Assembly: GCA_963778525.1 (NCBI GenBank)
Contig: CAVZUJ010000009.1
Location: 589,112 to 653,111 of the forward strand
From: an uncultured beta proteobacterium
GTDB lineage: Bacteria > Pseudomonadota > Gammaproteobacteria > Burkholderiales > Burkholderiaceae_C
Direction: 5' to 3'
Length of the DNA stretch: 64,000 bases
Positions 34,955 through 44,141 of the stretch are shown piece by piece. Under the pieces are notes generated by a model, which had not been told where the DNA came from, searched no databases, and saw nothing but the letters and a program-made list of their open reading frames with translations. The translations under genes and the position numbers were made by a program. The first letter of the stretch is position 1. Every line of letters begins with the position of its first letter.

Positions 34955-36512
34955 ATGACGCCCGATCTGGTTCTCGCCATCGACGTCGGCACGCAGAGCG
35001 TGCGCGCCCTCGCCTTCGATCGCGCGGGCGCGATGCAGGGTCGGGCGCAGGTCGTGTTCGAGCCGCCCTTCGATTCGCCACAGCCCGGCTGGGCCGAGAA
35101 AGATGCGCTCTCCTACTGGCGCGCACTGGCCGAGACCTGCCGGCTGCTGTGGCAGCAGGGCGTACCTCCCGCACGCATCGCCGCGCTGGCGCTGACGACG
35201 CAACGCGGCACGGTCGTCTGCGCGCGCGAAGACGGCACGCCGCTGCGCCCGGCGATCGTCTGGCCCGACCAGCGCCTGTGCTCGGCGCCGCCGGCGCTCG
35301 GCCTGTTCTGGAACGCGGCCTTCGGCGTCGCCGGAGCCGGCGCGCTGATGCGGCAACTGCAGCGCCAGGCCGAGGCCAACTGGCTGGCCCAGCACGACGG
35401 CGCGATCTGGCAGCGCTGCGAGCGCTTCACCTTGCTCTCGGGTTGGTTGACGCATCGGCTGGTCGGCGAATGGGTCGACTCGACCGCCTGCCAGGTCGGC
35501 TACCTGCCGTTCGACTACAAGCGCCAGCAGTGGGCGCGCGCGCGCGAGTGGCACTGGAAAGCGCTGTCGATTCGCGCCGCGCAACTGCCGCGCCTCGTGC
35601 CGGCCGCGTCGCGTCTGGGCACCTTGACCGCAACGGCCGCCGCCGAGCTCGGCCTGCCGCCCGGCTTGCCGATGGTCGCGGCTGCCGCCGACAAGGCCTG
35701 CGAAGTGCTCGGCTGCGGCGCGCTCGCGCCCGACGCCGCGCACCTGTCCTTCGGCACCGCCGCCACCATCAACACGACGCAGCCGAAGTACATCGAAGTG
35801 CAGCGCCTGCTGCCCGCCTACCCCGCGGCGCTGGCCCGGCGCCTTCAACACCGAGATCCAGATCCAGCGCGGCTTCTGGCTCGTCAGCTGGTTCAAGAAC
35901 GAATTCGCGCACGGCGAGCGCGCCCTCGCGCTCGAGCGCGGGGTCAGTGCCGAGTCGCTGTTCGACGAGCTCATCGCATCGGTGCCGCCCGGCTCGATGG
36001 GCCTGACGCTGCAGCCGTACTGGTCGCCCGGCCTGCGCGAGCCCGGCCCCGAGGGCAAGGGCGCGATCATCGGCTTCGGCGATGTGCACACCCGTGCACA
36101 TCTCTATCGGGCGATGATCGAAGGCCTGGCCTATGGCCTGCGCGCCGGACGCGAGCTGATCGAGGCGCGCACCCGGCGCCCCATCACGCGCCTGCTCGTG
36201 TCCGGCGGCGGCGCGCAAAGCGATGGCGCGATGCAGATCGCGGCCGACGTCTTCGCGCTCGCGGCGGAGCGGCCGCAGGTGGCCGAAGCCTCGGCGCTCG
36301 GCGCCGCGATGCTGGCCGCGACCGGCCTCGGCTGGCATGCCGACGTGCCGGCGGCGGCTGCGGCGATGGCGCGCACCGGGCGCCGCTTCGAGCCCGTGCC
36401 GGCCTCGGTCCGCACCTACGATGCGCTCTATCGCGAGGTCTATCGGCCGATGTACCGACGGCTCGTGCCGCTCTACCGCCGCATCCGCGCCATCACCGGC
36501 TATCCGGCCTGA
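34955..36512 (+). CDS. FGGY-family carbohydrate kinase, apparent frameshift ~35835
   Basis: MTPDLVLAIDVGTQSVRALAFDRAGAM...; the C-terminal half is recovered in ORF 35982..36512 (SMGLTLQPYWSPGLREP...LVSGGGAQSDGAMQIAADVF...). Confidence 0.75.
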
Positions 36513-36521
36513 CCGGCGCGG

Positions 36522-37325
36522 CTAGTAGTAGATCGCGCCCGGCACGCCGCCGCCGGCAGCGATCGCCTCGCCGTTGATGGCGATCGATTTCGGCGAGGCG
36601 AGAAAGGCGACGAGGTCGGCCACTTCCGACGCATCGACGAGGCGCTTGATCGAATTGCCGGCGGCCATGCGTTCCTCGAGCGCTTGCACGGTCGTGCCCT
36701 GGGCCTTCGCGCGAGCCTCGAGCAGCGGCGCGGTGCGCTCGGTGCGCGTCAGCCCGGGATGCACGACCGTGACCTGGATGCCGGCCGGCCCGAGCTCGTC
36801 GGCCAGGTTCTTGCTCATCGCCGCCACCGCGACGTTGCGCATGCTGCCGACGGTGTTGCCGGCGTGGCGTGCCGCCAGGCCGCTGATGTTGACGATGCGG
36901 CCCCAGCCTTGCGCGCGCATGTGCGGCGCCGCCTCGCGGGCGCAGCGGATGTAGCCCATGACCTTGGTGTCGAGCTCGCGCTGGAAGAACTCGCCGGTGA
37001 TCTCGCCAAGGAGCGGCGGTGCGGCATAGCCGCCCGGCTCGGCCGCGGCGTTGATCAGGATGTCGATGCCGCCGCCGAGCGCCTGCACCGCTTCGGCGAA
37101 GGCACGTGCCACCTGGGCATCGTCGGTGGTGTCGGCGGCGACGCCGACGATCCGGCGTCCCGAGGCCGCCGCCAGCTCGCTGGCCGTGGCGTCGAGCCGG
37201 CTCCGGTCGCGCGCCAGGATCGCCACGTCGACGCCTTCTTCGGCCAGCACGCGCGCCACGGCCTTGCCGATGCCGCGGCTTCCGCCGGTCACGAGAGCAC
37301 GTTTGCCGTGCAGTTGCAGATCCAT
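36522..37325 (-). CDS. SDR-family oxidoreductase
   Basis: MDLQLHGKRALVTGGSRGIGKAVARVL...; intact. Confidence 0.85.
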   Translation of the reverse strand: MDLQLHGKRALVTGGSRGIGKAVARVLAEEGVDVAILARDRSRLDATASELAAASGRRIVGVAADTTDDAQVARAFAEAVQALGGGIDILINAAAEPGGYAAPPLLGEITGEFFQRELDTKVMGYIRCAREAAPHMRAQGWGRIVNISGLAARHAGNTVGSMRNVAVAAMSKNLADELGPAGIQVTVVHPGLTRTERTAPLLEARAKAQGTTVQALEERMAAGNSIKRLVDASEVADLVAFLASPKSIAINGEAIAAGGGVPGAIYY

Positions 37326-37409
37326 GGCCAGGCCTTTCGAAAGAGAGCGAGCCGCCCACGCACGGCCGCGGCAGTTCGGCGTGCGTTCGTCGCGCGCCGC
37401 GAGTTTCGC

Positions 37410-38195
37410 CTAGATCGACGCCGCGCCCGAGTCGCGCTTCGGCGCCGAGGCGAGCGCACCGGCGAGCGCGCACGCCGCCAGGGTCCAGACGATCACCGCG
37501 CCCGACGGCAGGTCGAACAACGCCGACAGCGCCAGGCCGAGCGCGTAGCCGGCCACGCCGACGGCGTAGGCGATGCCGTAGCGCCGACGGCCGCGCAGGG
37601 CACGTGTCGCCAGCGCCGGGATGATCAGGCTGGAGAACACCAGGTACACGCCGACGAGCTGCACCGACGCCGTGACGGCGAGCGCGAAGACGCCGTAGAA
37701 GCCGAAGCGGCCGAGCCGCTCGACCCAGCCGAGCCAGAGCGCCGCGAGCAGCACCGCCGAGAGGCCGCCGAGCCAGAGCAGCTGCGTCTTGTTGACCCAG
37801 AGGATCTGTCCGACCAGCAGGTCCTTCAGATGCTCGCCGCCATGCGGATTGCTCGACAGCATCAGGATGCCGGCGCAGGCCGCGAGGATGAACATCACGC
37901 CGATCAGCGCCTCCTGTTGCTGGGCGGCGCGCTTCTCGGTCCAGGTCAGCAGCCAGGCGCCGAGCAAGGCCGCGCAGACCGCGGCGGCCTGCACCGCGAC
38001 GCCGCCTTCGGGCAGGCCGAAGGTGTCGGCGGCGATGACGCCGAGGCCGGCGATCTGGGCGATGGCGAGGTCGATGAAGACGATGCCGCGATCGAGCACC
38101 TGCATGCCGAGCGGCACGTGCGTGGCCAGCACCAGCAGCCCGGCGATCAGCGCCGGGCCGAGGATGCCCCAGTCGAGCGCGCTCCAGTTCACGGC
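37410..38195 (-). CDS. znuB: Zn/Mn ABC transporter permease (ABC-3 / ZnuB family)
   Basis: VNWSALDWGILGPALIAGLLVLATHVPLGMQVLDRGIVFIDLAIAQIAGLG... Confidence 0.75.
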   Translation of the reverse strand, partial: AVNWSALDWGILGPALIAGLLVLATHVPLGMQVLDRGIVFIDLAIAQIAGLGVIAADTFGLPEGGVAVQAAAVCAALLGAWLLTWTEKRAAQQQEALIGVMFILAACAGILMLSSNPHGGEHLKDLLVGQILWVNKTQLLWLGGLSAVLLAALWLGWVERLGRFGFYGVFALAVTASVQLVGVYLVFSSLIIPALATRALRGRRRYGIAYAVGVAGYALGLALSALFDLPSGAVIVWTLAACALAGALASAPKRDSGAASI

Positions 38196-38198
38196 TTG

Positions 38199-39106
38199 GC
38201 GCCGGCGGCGAGCAGGCGCGCGACGGTGTCGTCGAAGAGGCCGAAGAGGTCCTTCGCGCCATCCGTGCCGCCGACGGTGAACGGGATCTTCACGGCCGGG
38301 ATGCCGGCGTGCTCGCTCAGCCATTCGGATGGCCGCGGATCCTGGTAGGCCGAATAGAGGACCATCTTCGCCGGCGTGCTCTTCAGCGGACGCGAGCACC
38401 TCCTGCAGATGCGAGGCCGTCGGCTCGACCCCCGGCTTGGGCTCGAGCACGGCCACTTCCTTCAGGCCGAGCCAGTCGTAGAGATAGACGAAGGCCTTGT
38501 GCTGCGACACCACCGACGCGCCTTTCAGCGGCGCCGCTTGCGCCGTCCAGCGCGCGATCGCCTGCTGCCAGCGCTGCGCGAAGCTCGCCTGCGCCTTCGC
38601 GTAGTCGGCCGCATGCGCTGCATCGACCTGCTGCAGGCGCAGCGCCAGCGCCGCGGCGACGAGGCCGATGTTGCGCGGGTCGGTCTGGATGTGCGGATTG
38701 CCGGCAGCATGCACGTCGCCCTGCGAGCGGTCGACCAAGCGTCGGCACCTCGAGCTTCTTGCACGTAGTCGGCGGCGGCGAAGTTGCCCGGCTGGCCGGG
38801 CTGCACCTTGGCATTGCCGGACTGCTGCAGCAGCACCGGCAGCCAGCCGATCTCGAGCTCGGCGCCGGTGCAGACGACGAGATCGGCGTTGCGGGCGCGC
38901 GCGATCAGGCTCGGCTTGGCCTGGATCTGATGCGGGTCCTGCAAGGCGTTGGTCGCCACCGACACGTCGACGAGCTTGCCGCCGAGCTCTTGCGCCAGTG
39001 CGCCCCATTCGGGCTCGCAGGCGAAGACATGCAGCGCGGCGTGCGCGGGCAGCGCCAGCAGCATCAGCGGCGCGGCGAGCAGGCAGAGAAGGGAGGGACG
39101 GTTCAT
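38199..39106 (-). CDS. znuA: Zn/Mn solute-binding protein (TroA/ZnuA family), at least 2 apparent frameshifts
   Basis: MNRPSLLCLLAAPLMLLALPAHAALHVFACEPEWGALAQELGGKLVDVSVATNALQDPHQIQAKPSLIARARNADLVVCTGAELEIGWLP..., ...GNPHIQTDPRNIGLVAAALALRL...HKAFVYLYDWLGLKEV...; the C-terminus ...SEHAGIPAVKIPFTVGGTDGAKDLFGLFDDTVARLLAAGAKP* was recovered by manual translation. Confidence 0.65.
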
Positions 39107-39132
39107 GGTGCTGTGCTCCAGGTGCGAGGCCA

Positions 39133-40590
39133 TCAGTAGCTGTGCGCGCCGTGCGCGCCCAGGCTCATCTGGTATTGCAGGAAGAACTGGTTGTCGGTGA
39201 TGCCTTCGCGCGAACGGTCCTGCGCGAACTGCACGCGCACGCGCGAGAACTCGCTCGGGTTGAAGTCGACCATCGCCGTGTTCTTGTAGGGCCGATAGCC
39301 GCTGTTCGCGAACAAGGCCGAGTTCAGGCCGTAGTCGGGCGAGCCCGGGTCCACCCGCTCCGTGCGCAGGCCGACACGCCAGTACGGCATGAATTGATAG
39401 ACGCCCTGCACGTACCAGCCGGACTGCACGGCGTGGTAGTCGCCCGCGCTGTTGGCTGCGTCGATGTCGTAGACGAGGCTGCCGCTGCGCGTGCTGTGCA
39501 GGTACTCGCCTTGCAGCTTGAAGTTGGTCCGCGTCGCGTTGCCGTGCGGCGCCCACTTCCAGATCGCGTCGGCGATCCAGACGCGGGTGCTGCCGGTGAA
39601 CGAATCGGTCACCGCAGCGCCGGCGGCGTTGCTGGCGGCCAGGCTCTGGTCGGTCGCCTTCGCGTTCAGCATCGACAGGCCGGCGCGCCAGCTCGAGCTG
39701 TCGCCGATGTCGCCGCCGGTGTGGGCGAAGAACGAGTTCATGCCGGCGCCGTTGCGGCTGGTGTCGGTGCCCGGAAAGCTGCGGCCGCGGCCGAGCTCGG
39801 TGCCGAACTCGAGGTACTGGTCGATCGGCGCCAGCCACGTCAGCTGCACGCCGTCGTCGTTGTATTGCGTGCCGAGCAGCGCCTGGTAGGCGAGCGGGTT
39901 GTCGACGAAGTCCCAAGTGTGCGAATGCTGCGGGTTGAGGTAGCCGATGCCGGAGAAAAAGCGCCCGGCCTTGACCGAAAAGCCCTGGCCGAGCGAAGTC
40001 GTCTGGATGAAGGCTTCCTCGATCGACAAGGTGTTGTCGCTCTCGAGCGCGATGTTGGCGGCGCCGCGCAAATACGGGTCGATGCTGGCCGCGAAGCCGA
40101 GCTCGCTTTCGCCGAGGCTGAAGCCGCGCGTGCCGGGCCCGATGCCGGCGTCGGGTGGCAGCTGGAAGCCGGTGAGCGCATATTTCGCCGGATCCTGCGA
40201 GGTGTGCGTGTACAGGCCCGAGAGGATCAGCGACATCGAGGGATTGAAGGCGTTGGCGCCGCCGCCTGCGGACGACGCGACCTCGGGCGCAGCCACCGGT
40301 GCCGCGCTTGCCGTGGCTGCAGCAGCCGGCGTGGGTGGGCTGGCCGGCGTGGCGATTGCCGCGGTGGTGGCCGCACTTGCGCTCGCCGCGGCCGTGGCGC
40401 TCGTCGCTGCCGGCAGCGCCGCCTCGGCGCGCCGCAGCCGCTGTTCGAGCGCTTGCATGCGGGCTTCGTAGTCGGCGCGCATGGCGTCCATTTCCTGGCG
40501 CAGGGCGGCGACGTCGGACGGGGTGTCGGCGAAGGCGCCGGCGGGGATGAGCAGTGCGAGCGCGAAAGCGGTGGGCACGAGCTTGTGCAT
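39133..40590 (-). CDS. Outer-membrane beta-barrel protein with N-terminal coiled-coil (porin-like, putatively metal-regulated)
   Basis: 485 aa; signal peptide MHKLVPTAFALALLIPAGAFA; coiled-coil ALRQEMDAMRADYEARMQALEQRLRRAEAAL; Ala/Thr linker; about 380 aa of alternating amphipathic strands; C-terminus ...SLGAHGAHSY. Confidence 0.7.
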   Translation of the reverse strand: MHKLVPTAFALALLIPAGAFADTPSDVAALRQEMDAMRADYEARMQALEQRLRRAEAALPAATSATAAASASAATTAAIATPASPPTPAAAATASAAPVAAPEVASSAGGGANAFNPSMSLILSGLYTHTSQDPAKYALTGFQLPPDAGIGPGTRGFSLGESELGFAASIDPYLRGAANIALESDNTLSIEEAFIQTTSLGQGFSVKAGRFFSGIGYLNPQHSHTWDFVDNPLAYQALLGTQYNDDGVQLTWLAPIDQYLEFGTELGRGRSFPGTDTSRNGAGMNSFFAHTGGDIGDSSSWRAGLSMLNAKATDQSLAASNAAGAAVTDSFTGSTRVWIADAIWKWAPHGNATRTNFKLQGEYLHSTRSGSLVYDIDAANSAGDYHAVQSGWYVQGVYQFMPYWRVGLRTERVDPGSPDYGLNSALFANSGYRPYKNTAMVDFNPSEFSRVRVQFAQDRSREGITDNQFFLQYQMSLGAHGAHSY

Positions 40591-40659
40591 GGGAATCGCT
40601 CCAGACAGACCTGAATCACGCTCGCCCCCGCGGGGCGGAGTCGAGCGTGGCGAACCGGG

Positions 40660-40980
40660 TCAGCTCGAAGCGAGAGGGGGAGCGCGGCTCAGGTAGGCGC
40701 GCGTCGGCAGCGCCCACAGGAGCCCGGTGAAACGCTCCTGCGGCAGCGCATGCTGCAACGCCGGAGGCACGAAGGCCGGCGGCGCCGCGAAGGGCGCGCC
40801 GCCTGCGATCGCCGCCGCAGCGAGGCACAGGTCGCAGTGGCTGCCGTGCGGGGCCTGCTTGCCGTCGCTCTCGTTGCGGCTGCTGTCACCGACATGCGAC
40901 AAGGCATGACAGGCGGCCGCCGCCTGCGCCACCGGCAGCAACAGGGCGAGCCAGAGCAGCCAGCCGAACCGGCGCGGCAT
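40660..40980 (-). CDS. DUF2946-like small periplasmic Cys/His protein
   Basis: MPRRFGWLLWLALLLPVAQAAAACHALSHVGDSS...APHGSHCDLCLAAAAI; motif C-x-A-x-S-H ... H-C-x-L-C. Confidence 0.55.
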   Translation of the reverse strand: MPRRFGWLLWLALLLPVAQAAAACHALSHVGDSSRNESDGKQAPHGSHCDLCLAAAAIAGGAPFAAPPAFVPPALQHALPQERFTGLLWALPTRAYLSRAPPLASS

Positions 40981-41107
40981 GATCAGACGAAAGGACGGCG
41001 AGCGCATGGGCGAGCGGGCCATCTTAGCCCGCGCTCGCGCCGATCGGGAATAAAGGTCGAGCTCCGTTCGTCTATCCAGCGTCTCCACTCCACCACCAAG
41101 GCACGCC

Positions 41108-41479
41108 ATGAAGCTTCGCTCCGCTTTGACCCTGATCCTTCCGCTCGCCGCCTTCGCCGGCGGTGCCTGGGCCGAGCCGCCGGCCAAAATGAGCAATGGC
41201 ATGCTCGTCGACGGCTCCGGCATGACGCTCTACACCTTCGACAAGGACGCGAAGGGCAGCGGCAAGAGCGCCTGCAACGGCCCCTGCGCCACGCTCTGGC
41301 CGCCGGCCATGGCCGGCGCCGGTGCGAAGGCCGAAGGCGACTACACCGTCGTCACCCGCGACGACGGTGCCATGCAATGGGCCTACAAGGGCATGCCGCT
41401 CTATCACTACTCGGCCGACAAGAAGGCGGGCGACATGACCGGCGACAAGTTCCGTGATGTCTGGCACGTCGTCAAATAA
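41108..41479 (+). CDS. Secreted-repeat lipoprotein-like protein (COG4315 / PF03640-like)
   Basis: MKLRSALTLILPLAAFAGGAWA; repeats ...GMTLYTFDKD..., ...GMPLYHYSADKKAGD.... Confidence 0.6.
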   Translation: MKLRSALTLILPLAAFAGGAWAEPPAKMSNGMLVDGSGMTLYTFDKDAKGSGKSACNGPCATLWPPAMAGAGAKAEGDYTVVTRDDGAMQWAYKGMPLYHYSADKKAGDMTGDKFRDVWHVVK

Positions 41480-41518
41480 GACCTGCGCGTTCGGCGGCGC
41501 GGGCCGCCGCCGAGCCTG

Positions 41519-42043
41519 ATGCGCGCGCGCGACGAGGCCGAGATCGTGGCCTGCGTCCCGGGGCTGCGTCGCTATGCGCGCGGCCTGACCGGCGACCGCG
41601 ATCGCGCCGACGATCTCGTCCAGGACACGCTGGAGCGCGCCTGGGCGCGCTTCTCGATGTGGCAAAAGCGCGGCGATCTGCGGGCCTGGCTGTTCGGCAT
41701 CATGCACAACCACTTCGTCGATCGCGTGCGCGCGCAACGCGCCCGCCCCGAGGATGCGGCCGGCGATGAAATTCCGGAACTGCCGCAGCGCCCGATGCAG
41801 GCCGACCGGCTCGAGCTGCGCGACCTCGATCGCTCGCTCCAGCGCCTGCCGGCCGAGCAGCGCGAAGTGCTGCTGCTGGCCGGCGTCGAAGAGCTGAGCT
41901 ACCGCGAGATCGCGCTCGCGCTCGGCGTGCCGACGGGCACCGTGATGTCGCGCCTGTCGCGCGGCCGCGAGCGTTTGCGCGTCGAGCTGCAGGGTCGTGA
42001 AGGCGGCGGTCTTGCGGCCGCGAAGATGCAACGGGTGAAGTGA
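41519..42043 (+). CDS. ECF (sigma-70 family) RNA polymerase sigma factor
   Basis: DLVQDTLERAWARFSMW... region 2; region 4 REVLLLAGVEELSYREIALALGVPTGTVMSRLSRGRERL. Confidence 0.85.
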   Translation: MRARDEAEIVACVPGLRRYARGLTGDRDRADDLVQDTLERAWARFSMWQKRGDLRAWLFGIMHNHFVDRVRAQRARPEDAAGDEIPELPQRPMQADRLELRDLDRSLQRLPAEQREVLLLAGVEELSYREIALALGVPTGTVMSRLSRGRERLRVELQGREGGGLAAAKMQRVK

Positions 42044-42873
42044 CGATGGACGACCTGCCTTTCACCGCGGCGCTCGAATCGGGCAGCGGCGCGCCGGTCA
42101 CCGAGGCCGACCTGCATGCCTATGTCGACCGGCAGCTCTCGCCCTCGCGCCGGGCCGAGGTCGAGATGTTCCTTTCGATCCGCGCCGACGACCTCGAGCG
42201 CGTGCGCGACTGGCAAAGACAGAACGAGGCGATGCGCGATCTGCTCGGCCCGGTCGTCGACGAGCCCTTGCCCCTGCGCCTGCCGCTGCGACCGGAGGCC
42301 GTGCCCTGGCCGTGGCGCGGCCTGGCGGCCGGCGTGCTCGTCGCCCTGGCGAGCGCGGCGCTGGCGTGGTCGGTGCGCGGCGCGCTCGACGCAGACGCGT
42401 TGCGCACGGCGCTGGCCACGCCGCCCACCGGCGATGCCGCGCTGGCCGGCTTCGCCCATCGCGCCGCAGTCGCCCATGTCGTCTACAGCCCCGAGGTGCG
42501 CCGGCCGGTGGAGGTGGGCGCCGAACAGGAGCAGGCCCTCGTCACCTGGCTGACCAAGCGGATGGGCGCCAACGTCCATCCGCCGGTGCTCGGCGCGCTC
42601 GGCTACGAGCTGATCGGCGGGCGCCTGTTGCCGGGGGCCAAGGGCCCGGTCGCCCAGTTCATGTACGGCGCGAAGAGCGGGCAGCGGCTGACGCTCTACG
42701 TGACGCGCGAGGTGCCGGGCCAGGACACCGCCTTTCGCTTCGTCAACGACGGCGCGGTCAACACCTTCTATTGGGTCGAAGACCGCTTCGGCTATGCGAT
42801 CTCGGCCGGCGCGGATCGCGCTGAGCTGCTCAAGGTCTCGCAGGAAGTCTATCGACAGCTCAAGCCGAATTGA
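42040..42873 (+). CDS. Single-pass transmembrane anti-sigma factor
   Basis: Overlaps the sigma stop; N-terminal anti-sigma domain (HAYVDRQLSPSRRAEVEMFL), TM helix WRGLAAGVLVALASAALAWSV, periplasmic domain. Confidence 0.7.
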   Translation: MTMDDLPFTAALESGSGAPVTEADLHAYVDRQLSPSRRAEVEMFLSIRADDLERVRDWQRQNEAMRDLLGPVVDEPLPLRLPLRPEAVPWPWRGLAAGVLVALASAALAWSVRGALDADALRTALATPPTGDAALAGFAHRAAVAHVVYSPEVRRPVEVGAEQEQALVTWLTKRMGANVHPPVLGALGYELIGGRLLPGAKGPVAQFMYGAKSGQRLTLYVTREVPGQDTAFRFVNDGAVNTFYWVEDRFGYAISAGADRAELLKVSQEVYRQLKPN

Positions 42874-42889
42874 GGCCCGGCCCGCGTCT

Positions 42890-44032
42890 TCAGCCGCGGC
42901 TCGGATCGATCAGGAATTTCTCGCCGGTCGCCCGCTTGTTGTAGACGGCGATGGTGTCGAGGTGCAGCGCCTCGGCCATCGAGATCGTGCGCGAATAGTG
43001 GCTCGCGAAGGTCGTCTTCAGCTCGGCCGCGACGCGCGCCTTGAGGGCCTGGGCGCGCTCCGGCCCGACCTTCTGCAGGAACGGAAAGAGCAGCCAGCCG
43101 CCCATGCTCCAGGCCATGCCGAAATTGCGCACGAACTCGGTCGGGCCGGTGTCGAGGCCGCCGTAGAGGTAGACCTGCTTGAGCGTCGTCGAGCCGTAGC
43201 GGCTGTATTCCTTGGCCGTCCGATTCAGCGCCGCCTCCATGCACGTCAGGATCTGGCCGGCGAGCTTGCCGCCGCCGATCGCGTCGAACGCCAGCGTGGC
43301 GCCGGTGGCGACGAGGGCTTCGGTGAGGTCGTGCATGAACGTGGGCGCGCTGGCGTCGCACACCTGCGTCGCGCCGATCGCGCGCAGCAGCGCTGCCTGC
43401 TCGGGCTTGCGCACGATGTTGACGAGCGCCACGCCGTCGGCGATGCAGATGCGGTTGAGCATCTGCCCGAGGTTCGAGGCTGCCGCCGTGTGCACGAGGG
43501 CCGTGTGGCCTTCGCGGCGCATCGTCTCGACCATGCCGAGGGCGGTCAGCGGATTGACGAACGACGAGGCGCCGTCGGCCGGCGTTGCGCCGGCGGGCAG
43601 CAGCAGGCACTGCTCGGCGGCGATGGTGCGGTATTGCGAATACGTGGCGCCGCCGATGATGGCCACGGTCTTGCCCAGGAGGGCCTGTGCCGCGGCCGAC
43701 GCGCCGGCCGCCACGACCACGCCGGCGCCTTCGTTGCCGACCGGCATCGATGCGTCGAGGCGCGGTGCGAGGGCCTTCATCGCTGCCTCGGCCACGGGTG
43801 CCGTGACCACCGGGCGATCCGGCGTGCCCGAGGCCTTCGCCCGGCTCATGTCGGCGGCCGAGAACAGCAAGCCGAGGTCGGACGGATTGAGAGGCGCGGC
43901 CTCGATGCGCACCAGCACTTCATTGGCAGCCGGCACCGGCACCGGCACGCTGGCGAGCGAAAGCTCGAGCTCGCCGCTCTTCCTGATCAGCGAGCGAAGT
44001 TGAAGTGCGGTGCTCGGTACGTTGCTGCTCAT
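42890..44032 (-). CDS. MDR-superfamily NAD(P)H quinone oxidoreductase / enoyl reductase-like
   Basis: 380 aa, intact. Confidence 0.8.
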   Translation of the reverse strand: MSSNVPSTALQLRSLIRKSGELELSLASVPVPVPAANEVLVRIEAAPLNPSDLGLLFSAADMSRAKASGTPDRPVVTAPVAEAAMKALAPRLDASMPVGNEGAGVVVAAGASAAAQALLGKTVAIIGGATYSQYRTIAAEQCLLLPAGATPADGASSFVNPLTALGMVETMRREGHTALVHTAAASNLGQMLNRICIADGVALVNIVRKPEQAALLRAIGATQVCDASAPTFMHDLTEALVATGATLAFDAIGGGKLAGQILTCMEAALNRTAKEYSRYGSTTLKQVYLYGGLDTGPTEFVRNFGMAWSMGGWLLFPFLQKVGPERAQALKARVAAELKTTFASHYSRTISMAEALHLDTIAVYNKRATGEKFLIDPSRG

Positions 44033-44141
44033 GCGAGGCTCCTTGTCGGGAGGCCGAAGTCTAGGCGCCTGTCCGGGGATGCGAGTGGCACATCGGGAAA
44101 GGCCGCATCATGAGCGCTCGATTCCCTTTCCAGGAGCAAGC

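Noticed and set aside
36493-38262. 589-aa minus-strand ORF in another frame across the SDR and znuB region
   Set aside because: It is out of frame with two well-supported genes; Arg/Pro-rich junk.
39100-41100. Zur-box-like AT-rich palindrome upstream of the znuA / outer-membrane protein / DUF2946 genes
   Set aside because: I looked for a GTTATA...TATAAC-like operator in the short spacers and found none. Metal regulation therefore remains an inference.
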